Below, in pieces: positions 1 to 47,280 of a stretch of 49,951 bases of DNA. The notes under the pieces are model-generated. The model saw only the letters and a list, made by a program, of their open reading frames with translations, was not told where the DNA came from and did no database searches. A program made the translations under genes and the position numbers. The stretch's first letter is position 1. Each line of letters begins with the position of its first letter. The stretch is from positions 6,757,421 to 6,807,371 of the forward strand of contig NC_068999.1 in NCBI RefSeq assembly GCF_001194135.2. The letters are read 5' to 3'. The DNA is from Octopus bimaculoides (taxonomy: Eukaryota).

Positions 1-34
<34 letters not shown>

Positions 35-36
<2 letters not shown>

Positions 37-181
37 TCATCATCATCGTTTAACGTCCGCTTTCCATGCTAGCATGGGTTGGACGATTTGATTGAGGACT
101 GGTGAAACCGGATGGCAACACCAGGCTCCAATCTAATTTGGCAGAGTTTCTACAGATGGATGCCCTTCCTAACGCCAACCA
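35..181 (-). mobile_element. SINE family A fragment ((GAT)n tail)
   Basis: (cat)n cgtttaacgtccgctttccatgctagcatgggttggacg...ggatgcccttcctaacgccaacc; near-identical to many other copies in the window. Confidence 0.85.
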
Positions 182-235
182 CGTGTGTGTGTTTGTCCCC
201 CCAATATCGCTTGACAACCAATGAAGGCCCAAATA

Positions 236-926
236 TTCTCAAGTTTCACTGGTCATACAATTCACTCTGCCAGAAATTTGGAAACAACATGCTGTACTGC
301 TTGGGATTCGCACCGAAGGCTTCAATACAAACAATTCAGAATGTTTGGGTGTCAATCTGAGTTTTTGCCATGTCCCCAAAACATGCACTGAGACTGATAA
401 AGATCAAACATCCAGTTAACATCATGGGGTTTGGCGTGATCACTAGCGATGGCGCCGTTATGCCTCCATCTTGCCACACGGCCTCAAACTCAATACGGAG
501 GCCTACATCAAGTGCCTGGAGGAGGTAGTGCTGCCCTGGGTCAAGAGGGTGGCTGCTGGAAGACCCTGCGTCTGGCAACAGGACTCTGCACCATGCCACA
601 CAAGCAGGAGAACCCTTTCATGGCTGTCAGACAATTTTCTGCAACCCCATCACTCCTAACATTTGGCCACCAAAGATGAACCGAAAGCAAGAATTATGGC
701 AACATTCACTGGCTTAAACAAGGAGACCGTCCAGAAGAGTTGCACGTGATTCTAAAGTCATCTGGAGGCCGTGGTTGAAGCCATTGGCGATTTTAGTGAA
801 TAAATTTACTCTTTAGTATTTCAAGATATTTTTATGTAATTTTGGTAAATATATCTGTTCAAATGAGATGTCAGTGTTATTTTCATTTTTGCATAATTTA
901 GACGACAATATATTCACCGCACCCTG
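236..926 (+). mobile_element. Degraded, internally deleted Tc1/mariner (maT/DD37D-like) transposon
   Basis: Frameshifted peptides KHPVNIMGFGVITSDGAVMPP, HGLKLNTEAYIKCLEEVVLPW..WQQDSAPCHTSRRT, ITPNIWPP and LEAVVEAIGDF. Right end is ...caccgcaccctg|ta (CAGGGTG-type TIR plus TA). Left boundary approximate. Confidence 0.85.
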
Positions 927-2712
927 TAAGTATGATTGTGAGTGTGTGTGTGTATATATATATAAAGTCTGTCATACCGGCCATGGCGAAGGGAAATAGC
1001 CCTGAAGCTCGAGTCGCCTTTATATATTTATATTTATATTTATATATTTGATCCTTTATATTGAACACTCAATATTTCATCTACATTCAATACTTTATTT
1101 CATGGTGCCATCCATTTTAATTTTATTTTATTCTATATTATATATTGTATATTCCATATTCTATACCCCACATTGGTTCTGCAGGAATATAAATAAAACA
1201 TAAAAAACAGANNNNNNNNNNNNNNNNNNNNNNNNNNNNNNNNNNNNNNNNNNNNNNNNNNNNNNNNNNNNNNNNNNNNNNNNNNNNNNNNNNNNNNNNN
1301 NNNNNNNNNNNNNNNNNNNNNNNNNNNNNNNNNNNNNNNNNNNNNNNNNNNNNNNNNNNNNNNNNNNNNNNNNNNNNNNNNNNNNNNNNNNNNNNNNNNN
1401 NNNNNNNNNNNNNNNNNNNNNNNNNNNNNNNNNNNNNNNNNNNNNNNNNNNNNNNNNNNNNNNNNNNNNNNNNNNNNNNNNNNNNNNNNNNNNNNNNNNN
1501 NNNNNNNNNNNNNNNNNNNNNNNNNNNNNNNNNNNNNNNNNNNNNNNNNNNNNNNNNNNNNNNNNNNNNNNNNNNNNNNNNNNNNNNNNNNNNNNNNNNN
1601 NNNNNNNNNNNNNNNNNNNNNNNNNNNNNNNNNNNNNNNNNNNNNNNNNNNNNNNNNNNNNNNNNNNNNNNNNNNNNNNNNNNNNNNNNNNNNNNNNNNN
1701 NNNNNNNNNNNNNNNNNNNNNNNNNNNNNNNNNNNNNNNNNNNNNNNNNNNNNNNNNNNNNNNNNNNNNNNNNNNNNNNNNNNNNNNNNNNNNNNNNNNN
1801 NNNNNNNNNNNNNNNNNNNNNNNNNNNNNNNNNNNNNNNNNNNNNNNNNNNNNNNNNNNNNNNNNNNNNNNNNNNNNNNNNNNCCATACATACCCCCATT
1901 CACACATACCTCCCATACACCTACACACACACCTCCCACACACACATACCTGGCACACATACGCACGCACACACATAAACACACACAAACCCACACATAC
2001 ACACCTCTCACATACACAAAACCACACACACATACACATATACACACATGCACACATACACACATGCACACACGCCTCTCACATACACAATACTCACTCA
2101 CATACATAACACACACGCACGCACGAAAACATACACAATATATACATACACGCACGCACAAAAAATATACACACACGTGCACACGGAAACACACATACAC
2201 ACACACTTCTCACCAACACTACACACTCACACAGACACNNNNNNNNNNNNNNNNNNNNNNNNNNNNNNNNNNNNNNNNNNNNNNNNNNNNNNNNNNNNNN
2301 NNNNNNNNNNNNNNNNNNNNNNNNNNNNNNNNNNNNNNCCTTAGTCGAAGTCAATCCATGCACAACTGTTCGAGAGCTTGCTTCTGAACAATAATCATAT
2401 CCATCTCATCTGATGCATGAATTGTGTCAGTAAACTTGATGTGATCAAAAGACATGTATTACGAATAACAACTGTGTAATAAATATACATCAGAAGAAAG
2501 AGCGAAAAATCAGGGTTATTCTAATTATTAAGTTGAACGAGCATCACAGAAATACTTGCTTTTTGTTGACGTAAAACTATGAAATAAACATGATTTTGAA
2601 TATAATTAAAATTGCTCTGTTCCCTTTATCTGTATTTTAATCTAGTCTGTTCTTCTTGTAACACTATTTTGGCAGTCTTGAATAACGTGAAAACCACAGC
2701 CCTCTCTATAGC

Positions 2713-2776
2713 TTGAAACACCATATTCTTGATACACCATGTTCTTGATACACCATATTCTTGATACACCATGTTC
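2713..2776. repeat. 16-bp tandem repeat x4 (ttgatacaccat[a/g]ttc)
   Basis: Four consecutive units read directly; a/g alternates, giving a 32-bp higher-order dimer. Confidence 0.9.
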
Positions 2777-4029
2777 TCATTTAAGAAGCTGGCCTCCCAA
2801 TAAATTTGCTTTGGTTTCAGTCCCACTGCCTGGTAGCTTGGGCAGGTGTCTTCCACTATAGCTCTATGCCAACCAAAACCTTGTTAGTGGATCTGATAGA
2901 TCGAAACTGAAAGAAGATCACACCATACATGCATGTGCACGTGGGCACACACATAAGTTGGCATTAGGAAGGGCATCCAGCCAGAGAAACCATGCCAAAT
3001 CAGACTAGAGGCTGGTGTAGCCTTCCAGCTTGCTAGCCCTGGTCAAATTGTCCAACCTATGCCAGCATGGACAACAGAAATTAAATGATGATGTAGTAGT
3101 AGTTGTGGTAGTAGCAGCTGCAGCAGTAATAGTAGTAGTAGTAGTAGTAGTAGTAGTAGCAGCAACAGCAGTGTTAGTTGTAATATTGCATTATAGTTAC
3201 AACTAGAGGCCAATTAGTGGTTCCTATATGGTCATATAATTTACTAGAAAAGTAACCAAATGTCCTTCAAATCATTTAAAGAAGAAAAAAAAGAAAAGGT
3301 CACATTGAACAATGCACTTCTAGGTATGCTACGTCTATAAGAAAACTAATGAAAGGCAGAGAGGGTGAAAAAGAGAGGTGAGAGATGGAGGGGAAAGGGA
3401 GAGGTGGGATGGGCAGATAGGGAGGGAGAAAGAAAGAGGAGAGGGCAAAGAAGAAAAGGAGGAAGGAGGGAGGAAAAAGAGAAAGTTTATAAATTATTTT
3501 AATGAGTTATTAATTAATTCAGTCTCACGAGTTGTTTTACTTATTTTACGAATTAAATTAAACGAGGCTAATCCTATCTTCTAAAACAAAAATAAAAAAA
3601 AAAAAGGAAAGAAATTAATCCCTTGTAAAGTTGTGGGGTTTCCCAAAGTTTTTTTTTTGTAGCTGCAGAGTTGCATGGCACCTTGAGCAAGTTATTCCTT
3701 ACTATAGCCTTCAACTAACAAATACCTTGTGAATGGAATTGGTAATGAGAAACTGTGTATGTGTATCTATCTATCTACCTATCTACTTACCTACCTATCT
3801 GTCTGTCCGTCCGTCCATCCGTCCATTTCCTGATTGACCATTAACTCCAAAAGTTTTATTCTCTCTCTGTTTATTTTCTCTTATTCCTTTCTGTTGAAGA
3901 GCACAGGCTCGAAACATAAAAGACTTTCTCACCTTCCCGAGCATCAAACTAATACACCTGCTTGTTGTTTATACACCTATCTTTGTTTTTTGTTTTTCCG
4001 TAAATTTCAACTGTGTGTGTGTGTGTGTG

Positions 4030-4560
4030 TGTTCTTTAATTCTTTTACTTGTTTCAGTCATTTGACTACGGCCATGCTGGAGCAACGCCTTTAGTCGAAC
4101 AAATCGACCCCAGGACTTATTCATCCTAACACCAACCACTCAGAGAGTGTAGTGGGTGCTTTTACATGCCACTGGCATGAAGGCCAAGCATGTTGTCCTG
4201 GCAATGACCACGCTCAAAAGGTGTTTTTTTACGTGCTACCTGCATGGGAGCCAGTCCGGTGGCACTGGCAACGACCACGCTTGAATGTTTTTCATGCGCT
4301 GGTAGGGCGACGCTGGCAACAATCACACTCAAATGGTGCTTTTAACATGCCACCAGCAAGGGAGCCAATCTGTGGTCATGGCAACGATCACACTCAGATA
4401 TGCTTTTAATGTTCCACTGGCATGAGTGCTAATCAGGTACTTTTATTCAATCATAAAAGTATAATAGATTTCAGATAACAAATGGCTATGGGAGTCCCAC
4501 ACCCTGAGTTAAAATAGGAATCTAAGGGGTCTATACACAAAAAATGGTTGAGAACCACTG
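4030..4560. mobile_element. Cluster of SINE fragments plus a hAT/Charlie-type MITE right end, downstream of the U2SURP stop
   Basis: Family B tail in reverse (4030-4125), diverged family A (4125-4435), and a ...aaaatggttgagaaccactg terminus at about 4560. Confidence 0.65.
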
Positions 4561-4956
4561 CTCTTACCCATGCCAGCATGAAAAAGCAGAAGTAACAACA
4601 ATATAAAAAGGAAACAAAACTCAACACTAACAGCAGAAAAGCCAAGGCTTGTGCTCCGAGTCCACCTTGCTGGCCCTCACTGTGACCCCCATCAGATGGG
4701 ACAATAAAGTGCATGTCTAGATGGTCACATTGACCTCATCCAGCCTATTTGATTAACCCCCCAAAAAGACATATCTAGGCACAATAAATTTGTTGGTTGT
4801 CTAGTTAACGCAGCAACGTGCCAGAAAGTCTGTGCTGTCAGAACTGACCTGGGTCTTCACAATGACAATCAACAAGAAGAAGAACAATAACGAGTTGGTT
4901 AATGTAGGTGAGACAAGATAACGTTTAATTCATTTTACAAGATAACACGCAAACTT

Positions 4957-39042
<34,086 letters not shown>

Positions 39043-39117
39043 CTGAAATATGATAAAAATAGAAAGAAAATATAAGAAATGAGAAATATTATGATGCATG
39101 TATGTGTACGTGAATGT

Positions 39118-39690
39118 TTTCAGAGATTGGATTAGCACGCTAGTAAAGAGGGCTTTGACGGGTGCCATCATCAACAACAAATGGTGGTTTGCCCTCAAGA
39201 GAGCAATAAAAGCAGAAGTGATTAGGTATAGCAAAGCACTGGCCATAGATAGAAACAGAGTAGATGGTGACCTAGTTAAGAAGCTAGAAGAGGCGATTAG
39301 AAGTGGCATCGTATCTGACGTTTTGGCGGCGAGGTTGACCCTTGACCAACACTTCAAAGCCAAACATGAAGGGTGTGTTGTCAGGGCTAGGATGCGTGCT
39401 CTAAGGAACAAAGGTGTTAAAGCAGTTAAAGCAGGCGGGCTTTGTATAATTTGAACCTGATAGGCTAGAATCAAAACAGAGAGAGAGACATTCCTCATTT
39501 CTCCCTCTCCCATAGACTTTTGCAATCTCCAACCACACACACGCTCGCAGTTCTTCAACCCAATTCACTTCTACTGACCATCCACACAGATGCCTCGTCA
39601 CCATTATTTTAGGTGGTGACAAGGCTCCTGTCCTCTCCATCCATTCACACCCCCTCCTCGGTTCTAAAATGTAGGTAGCCATATAGCTCC
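39118..39690 (+). mobile_element. LINE ORF2 fragment (Tx1/L1-like endonuclease-RT linker)
   Basis: Open frame KWWFALKRAIKAEVIRYSKALA..LVKKLEEA..KHEGCVVRARMR fits the W..K..IK..(I)..YSK and G..VR.R pattern of L1/Tx1 ORF2 linkers (recalled pattern). Confidence 0.65.
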
Positions 39691-39971
39691 TTTATGGCAA
39701 GAAATCTGTTCTGCTCTGGCACCGTCTCTTATACTTTAAACCCCTCATTTCCTAATATAAAGCTCCCCCACCTTCTCAGGGTTCATAATTTTGGAAGCTG
39801 TACAGCAAGCTCCTTAGTGCAACAACCCATTAGATGGTGTAAAGTGACTGGCATTAGGAATGTCATCCAGTCAGAGAAACCATACCAAATAAGCATAATA
39901 CGGTCCTTAGACTTGTCGGATCCTGTCAAAACTGTCAAACCCATACCAGCATGGGACATGGATGGCAAATG

Positions 39972-40200
39972 ATAATAATCCTTTCTACTATGGGCACAAG
40001 GCCTGAAATTTGGAGGGAGGGGGAACAGTTGATGTAATTGACACCCAGTGCTCAGCTGGTACTTATTTCATTGACCCGGAAAGGGATGAAAGTCAAAGCT
40101 GACTTCGGTGGAATTTGAACTCAGAACGTAAAGACAGGTGAAATGCTGCTAAGCATTTTGTCCAGCATGCTAATGATTCTGCCAGCTGCTCGCTACCTTA
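39972..40200 (-). mobile_element. SINE family C, near full-length ((TTA)n tail, Nin/Deu-like central domain)
   Basis: Minus strand taaggtagcgagcagctggcagaatc..gagttcaaattccacc..gactttcatcc..gggtcaatgaaataagtacc. Fragments also at about 8780-8985, 14740-14850, 17100-17240, 18070-18225, 32510-32620 and 47400-47530. Confidence 0.75.
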
Positions 40201-42938
40201 TATTAAACGATAATTATAATGATGTATATGCACGTATGTCTTCATCATTTTAACATCCATGGTGGCATGGATCAGACTGACTGTGTATATTTATACACAC
40301 ACACACACACACACACACAGTTAACATTTTCCAACCCCACCACCACACGATGTAGCATAACACGGAATATTCCGAAACATTCTAAGGCCATTTCATGTAA
40401 CCGACAGCCATTATTCAATACCAGTCCAAGCAGGATTGATTTCTTTGGAAATTTGGAAATTGTCTTAGGAATCATTGGAGCAAGGATTTTTATGGCTGGA
40501 TATTCATCCTTCCCTAATGCCAACCAATCAACCAGAAACACACAGAGCTAGCCTTGCATTTATGTCCTCCTTTGACACTACCATTACTACTACCGCCACC
40601 ACCACCACCACCACTGATGACGCTGCTTCCAAAGTTAATGTCATTCTACAAACACTGCTTTGAATTAATTGTCATTGATGCAGAATCGTACTAGTTTCCC
40701 CGGAACCTTAACCCAAACATCACACACACCTCACCCTATTACCTGGCATGTGTAACATCTTTTTTGGCACTTATATGAACAGCATGCAGCTCAGCATATC
40801 AATATATTTTATATTTGAAACACTACAGAGAAAAATGGAGGGGAGAGGGGGAGAGGGGAGAGAAAGAGAAAGTGGTTGGCATTAGGAAGGGCATCAAGCC
40901 ATAGAAACCAAGCCAAAACAGGTGATGAAACTTGGTACAGCCCCTCATCTTTCCTCCTCCCTATTTTACTCTGCTACACCCTTTTCTGAAAGACAACAAT
41001 GTCCAAAACATCATAATCAGCTTTTCCATTTCTTTGAGTATCAAACACTTTTGATCGTGGGGAACTTAATCTCATCTTTTTTTTTTTAAGATACATACAC
41101 ACACACACACACACAAACAAACAAAAAGAAAGCAGCTCTGAAAACGGACAGAGTCAACGACTATTGAAAAGGTTGTAAGATGCAACGAAAATTTTAGGAA
41201 AAATAAATAAGTAAATGAGTGGAAATTGAACCAGTGAGTGTGTTAAATAAGGCACTAAAAGAGAATTACTCCCTCCAGACAATACTATATAGATAGATAG
41301 ATAGATAGATAGATACATACATACATACATACATACATGCATACACACACACACACACACACACACAACATATATAAACAAAAACTGAGAAAAGATGCTA
41401 AAGTACAATTTCTAATTCACTTAGATCTTGTAAATATTGTAATTTCTTATTCTCAGAAAGTACATAATTTTTTGGTCAGAAATAAAGATAACAGCTATTT
41501 GAAAGTGAGAAATCATTATTCAACGCTGCTACCCACTCCCGCCCTCCAGTGGATTTTGAATCATAATCTTTAAATGAAACTTCTCTTATAGAACAGTTCC
41601 ACTTTCTCACTGCCAGCATGATTTTCCTCCTAGAAGACCTGTTTTAAACTGTGCTATATTCACCCAAAGTATTTATGTCGATAAGATTTCACCACTGTAA
41701 TTTTTCATTTTTTCTTCTCAGTAATACAAGGCTACATTTTTAAAAATTTTATTTCTATTTTATTAAAGAATTATATTATTTAGTTCAAAAGCTCATCAGT
41801 AATAAAAGTTACCTTCTCCTCCTAAAAACCATAAAAGAAACCCGCACCAAAAAAAAAATAAAAATCAATAAATGAAATATTCTTGTGTATAATTTGTTTC
41901 ATGTCTTAACAGTGTTAACACAGAAACTAAACAGACAAGTGATGTTCTATAATTGTTAACCAGATTATGGAAATAGCAAAGTGGAATAAGGTGCGGGGAG
42001 AGAAAGTGGAGATATATATGTGTTTGTATGTATGTTTATGTACACACACCTATCTATAACTAACCATATATAATATATATATATGCACACACACAGCTTC
42101 AAAGCGAGAGAGACATGCACGTGTGTATATATAGGTGTGTATGCATGTGTATGTATACATATGTGTGTGTATGCATGCCTGCATGTATGTATGTATGTGT
42201 GTGTTTATATACACATATATGTAGATACACTCACTCACACCAGGTATCACTATGAATTTTTGAAAATATTTAAATCCAACTTCTACAATTCTTTTTCTTG
42301 GAGAGCATCCAAAAAGAAACATCTGATACCACATTTTTAGGAAATATGACAATTTGAATGATCAGCGAATTGGCTGAAATCTTGCCTAATTAGACCTAAA
42401 TGAATAATTAGCCATATTTGTGATGTCATATCTTTGAAACTGAGGTGATAACCATCTTCAGCTTAATAATATCCATGGGATAATAGTTGCCTTTTCTCTT
42501 TCTGGTTCTTGAAAAAGAAACATTTTTGGGGGCAATTTTTTAAATATTTATGTAAAGCCTATTTTGTTGCATTTCTGTATTTACACTACGCTACAAAACC
42601 TTTTGGTCAAAATAACACAATGACACTTGTGAATGAAAGACTCGGTGCTTTATTTTCGTATCTATAAATTTATTTCTGTATTTACAATATTGCTACAGAA
42701 TCTGGGTTACTTTTTCTTAGACAACCATGTATATGAGAAGGAAGTTTACATCCAGAACTTTCAAATGATATATCATTGTCTATAGGGGGAAAAAAAAAAA
42801 GTATTTTGACCTGAAAATAATTAAGCAAAAAGTAGGGTTTTAAGTGATCAAATTATGCTTGCCTCTCCCTTCTACAGTGCTCTATGATACGTATTCACAC
42901 ACACATCAACAGCTAGTTATATGATGTGTGTACATATC

Positions 42939-43140
42939 CAGTAACTTCTCAACCATCACAGGTGTTACATTCCAATATCCCCCACAATAGGTGAAAATCC
43001 AAGAAGTACAAACAGTACTGCATATTTATTATTATTATTTTAATTTTATTATAAATGCAAAACAATACCATGGAAGAATCAATGTAAGCTTAAAAAATAA
43101 ACCGCGATAGGTGAACCACGAATGTGGCGAGGGATTACTG
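42939..43140. mobile_element. Tigger/pogo-type MITE
   Basis: cagtaacttctc..caggtgttacattcc..caataggtgaaaatcc ... gtggcgagggattactg|ta; a second 5' half lies at about 44477-44600. Confidence 0.7.
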
Positions 43141-43154
43141 TACACACATATATA

Positions 43155-43435
43155 CAGAGAGTAGTGTAGCTACAGTGTGTGCCACCTGGGGTAGCCCTTC
43201 AGTTTGCCAGCCCTGGGCCGCCACAAAAAAATACATATTGTACATTGACTATATCGATTGTTGCATTTAATGATGAGTAATGTCTGTGTCCCGACATTAA
43301 AACCACTATTATTTGATTTCAATGCAGCCTATACAGGCTTATTAGTTTACAGCAGACCCAAAAGTGGCACTGCTCCCCAAAAAGTGCCATCTGGGGGTAG
43401 GCCACCCCTTCCTCCTTGCTCTAGCTATGCTAGTG
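43155..43435. mobile_element. hAT-like MITE with degenerate TIRs
   Basis: ca(gaga)gtagtgtagcta ... tagctatgctagtg; flanks catatata / catacata match at 7 of 8 positions. Confidence 0.5.
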
Positions 43436-44606
43436 CATACATACCTACTTATCTGTGCAAACACAAGCACACAATCAATATATAGAGATACACATATAGA
43501 GATATACACACACACACACAGATACACAGATACACCATGACTGGTCACTGTACCAAACTGACCTCAAAAGCACCATTGGAGCAAAGATGTGAGGTTACTT
43601 GATCGTCCACTTCCACTGATGTCAATCAAAAATTTTAATTATGTTGTGTATGAAAAGACGGCCCACAAAATGAAGAATCAATACTGCTAGTAAGAGAGCA
43701 AAACATTATATCAGATAATGCCAGAAAAAAAAAAGGAAAGAAAAAATCAATAAGGTGGTCGTGGCCAAAACACCCGTTAACAAAACTTTCATCCATCAGA
43801 GATGACCCGTGGCAGAACAAGAATATATCATAACTATCATCTGGGGAGAAACACCCCTTCCTCCTTAGTCTAGCTATGCTAGTGCATACATACCTCTTCA
43901 TCTGTGCATCATTTAACCTTGCAGCATCCAGATTATTCTGTTGAATGTAATGCTTGAAGTTAGAGAGGAAGTTCAGCTGTGAAAACCATTTGGAAGTCAA
44001 CAGTGGAGCTTGGTGTGCAGTTCTCTGGCTTACCAGCTCCGGTCAACCCATACAACCCAGGCTAGCATGGAAGACAGACCTATGATGAGGAGGAGGATGA
44101 TAACGATGGTTTATTTACATTTTTAAAAACTAATCATGTAGCTTTGAGATTTCAAAAAGTGATTTCGAAAAAATCATCTTTTTACAAGTTTCATCTCAAA
44201 GCTGTAGTCATGCTGGGGCATCGCTGTTTTGTTACACTGTTATTATTGAAAACCTCCTCTGATATCTGGCATTTAGTGAATAAGGGCTAGTTTTATGTCT
44301 TCTTCACCAATGTTGATGTAATCCATCGTAACTGCCTCGCTGGTTATAGGTGAGGCGGCAAAGAAATCCACTGGTTCATTCACTCATCTGTGTTCCAACG
44401 GGATGATAAAGACACTTTTTTTGATTGTCTATTTTTAGAACCATATAGCCAGATAGGTGTGAAAGACTACATACATATAGTAATCCCTTGACTATCGCAG
44501 GTGTTACATTCCAAAAGACCCCTGCAATAGGTGAAAATCCATGAAGTAGAAACAGTACTGTACTGTATATTTTTTTATTATTACTTTTATAATTTGTATA
44601 TACTTA

Positions 44607-44880
44607 TCTATATATATAAAGATGAGAATGTGTGTCTGTCTGTCTGTGTGAATCCCTAAAACTCGAGAACTACACAACCAATTTCATTCAAATTTTACAC
44701 ATGCCTTACTTAGGGTCCATGTAGTGTCATAAGCCGAAAAATTTTTTAACTTCTTGCCGAGTGCAAGCCCAGAGCAATATCATATCTCCTCCACTATTTC
44801 AGTATTACGTATCAAAAGTGAAACAATAACAACTCTCCATTCTAATGTCAGACACTTTAATACTGAAACTATTATCTCAC
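44607..44880 (+). mobile_element. Helitron/Helentron-like non-autonomous 5' fragment
   Basis: Starts TCtatatatataaag, followed by a (tgtc)n microsatellite and accaatttcattcaaatttt, an architecture typical of DINE/HINE-type elements; no clear 3' hairpin seen. Confidence 0.45.
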
Positions 44881-44914
44881 ATATATACAGGCATACATAC
44901 ATATATACATACAT

Positions 44915-45298
44915 GTTGTTGGCACTCAGTCACTTACGACGTCGAGGGTTCCAGTTGATCCGATCAACGGAACAGCCTGCTCGTGAAATTAACGTGCAAG
45001 TGGCTGAGCACTCCACAGACAAGTGTACCCTTAACGTAGTTCTCGGGGATATTCAGCGTGACACAGTGTGACAAGGCTGACCCTTTGAATTACAGGCACA
45101 ACAGAAACAGGAAGTAAGAGTGAGAGAAAGTTGTGGTGAAAGAGTACAGCAGGGTTCGGCACCATCCCCTGCCGGTGCCTCGTGGAGCTTTAGGTGTTTT
45201 CGCTCAATAAACACTCACAACGCCCAGTCTGGGAATCGAAACCACGATCCTAGGACCGCGAGTCCACAGCCCTAACCACTGGGCCATTGCGCCTCCAC
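44915..45298 (-). mobile_element. Full-length tRNA-derived SINE (family D), second copy
   Basis: Nearly identical to 9825-10207 along its whole length. Confidence 0.9.
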
Positions 45299-45309
45299 AT
45301 ACAATATAT

Positions 45310-45347
<38 letters not shown>

Positions 45348-46881
45348 GAAACTGTTTTAAAAAAGGATTCACTAAAAGATCTGTTGCTACTTCTCGGGGC
45401 ACCCTTATAAAAGGGAATGTGAGTGGAGTAGGGTGGGGGTGAGGTGAGGGTGGAGCACAGCAGCAGCAGCGGCGGCAGCAGTAGGTGTGGTTCGAACACC
45501 TACTTTGCAATGAAACTGCAGATACACTTTCCACAAATGCAGAAGCACAACTTAGCAAGTGTGTGAACTATAAATGTTAGCAAGTAGATTATGCAACAGT
45601 TATCTTGTGTTGGTGGTGGTGGCAATGGCAGGGGTGGGTAGTTTTGTTTTTTGTTCTTTTTTTAACAACTATAGACATAAGAGGAATCCAGGCAGGTTTA
45701 TAAAAGAGACATGTAATACTGCCAACCCCAACCCTCAAGTACTTCATCAATGACTAGATATTTCGAGTTGAGGAAGGGTAAGAGCAGCAACATATGAAAC
45801 ACTAACCAAATAATCTTAAAGAAAAGAAAGACAAAAAAAAAACCAAGAGTTTTATAAATTCAAATGGTATGAAGAGGATATAATCTAATATTTTGGAAGC
45901 TATTGTCCACCATGAGATGAAAGGTAAGAGCCTTAAACATTATACTGTAATATAAATGTGGGTGTGGCTGTGTGGTTAGGCAGTTTGCTTATCAACCTCA
46001 TGGTTTTGGGTTCAGTCCAACTGCAATACAAAATGGTAGATAAAGAGAGGAATAGGGACAGGGAATTGAGGATGGTTGGTTGGTTGAGTAAGTAGGTTCA
46101 CAAGAGAAAGGAATGCGACAGATAGTAGAGATGTGAGACATATACAAAATGTCGTTCAGATTATGCAAAAATCAACCCTACTAGGATTTGAACTTGGAAC
46201 CAAGAGACATAAAACTGCTCTCTCATAATTAACCTTTAGCATTTAAACTGGCCATATTTAACCAAAATATTCTACCTGTTTTATATTCAAACTGACCAGA
46301 TCTGACTTCTCACACTTACCCATCAATGTTGATATCTTATAGAAATAAACATTGATGTCTTACAGAAATAAGATTGTCTAACTATTTCAGTTGTTGGTTA
46401 GCCCTAATTATTCTAAATATTATTATTCTAAATTATTCTAAATAATCTGTTTTATATTCAAACTGACCAGTTCTGGCTTCTCACACTTACCCTACAATAT
46501 TATTCTAAAACTAAACGCTCGTATTATTGAAATTTCAAAGCTACAATTCAAGTCCATGTGAAGAAATAAGCATTACATTTTGACAGATCAATCTGAATGC
46601 TAAAGTGCTAAACGCTGATGTCTTACAGAAATAAATGAGGTTTCGCATTTAAAGGGGAGAAGAAATAAGACTGTGTCTAACTACTTGCTGATTAGCCCTA
46701 ATTAAGTAGAGTTCATGCTCAAAGGTGTTCCAGGTCATACATAATCTATCTAGGACTCATTATCAAATACACTAATGGTGTGGTAGGTGACTTGAAAATG
46801 ATTAACAAAGATGCAAATACACATCTAAAATAAATGACCAAAACAGAATACCAGCACTTCTATGTATTACACAAACATATA

Positions 46882-47280
46882 GGCGTAGGAGTGGCTGTGT
46901 GGTAAGTAGCTTGCTTACCAACCACATGGTTCCGGGTTCAGTCCCACTGCGTGGCACCTTGGGCAAGTGTCTTCTACTATAGCCTCAGGCCGACCAAAGC
47001 CTTGTGAGTGGATTTGGTAGACGGAAACTGAAAGAAGCCCGTTGTATATATGTATATATATATATATGTTTGTGTGTGTGTGTCTGTGTTTGTCCCCCCA
47101 ACATTGTTTGACAATTGATGTTGGTGTGTTTACATACCCATAACTTAGCGGTTTGGCAAAAGAGACCAATAGAATAAGTACTAGGCTCACAAAAAATAAG
47201 TCCTGGGGTCGATTTGTTCGACTAAAGGCGATGCACCAGCATGGCCACAGTCAAACGACTGAAACAAGTAAAAGAAAGAA
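46882..47280 (+). mobile_element. Full-length tRNA-derived CORE-like SINE (family B)
   Basis: A box tggctgtgtgg, B box ggttcagtccc, CORE-like ggcaccttgggcaagtgtctt, internal (AT)/(GT) microsatellite, A-rich tail; many fragments elsewhere in the window. Confidence 0.88.

Noticed and set aside
1133-2387. Long ORFs in the track (1133-2206, 1138-1899, 1161-2069 and others, also 7605-8060, 13993-14792, 21480-21854)
   Set aside because: They are open only because they run through N-gaps and (CA)n/(TG)n repeats or SINE sequence; there is no coding signal.
44279-44380. Short minus-strand frame EPVDFFAASPITSEAVTMDYINIGEEDIKLALIH* as the missing N-terminal exon
   Set aside because: It ends in a stop with no suitable phase-0 donor and has no similarity to U2SURP; it is possibly a decayed retroelement fragment but I cannot support that.
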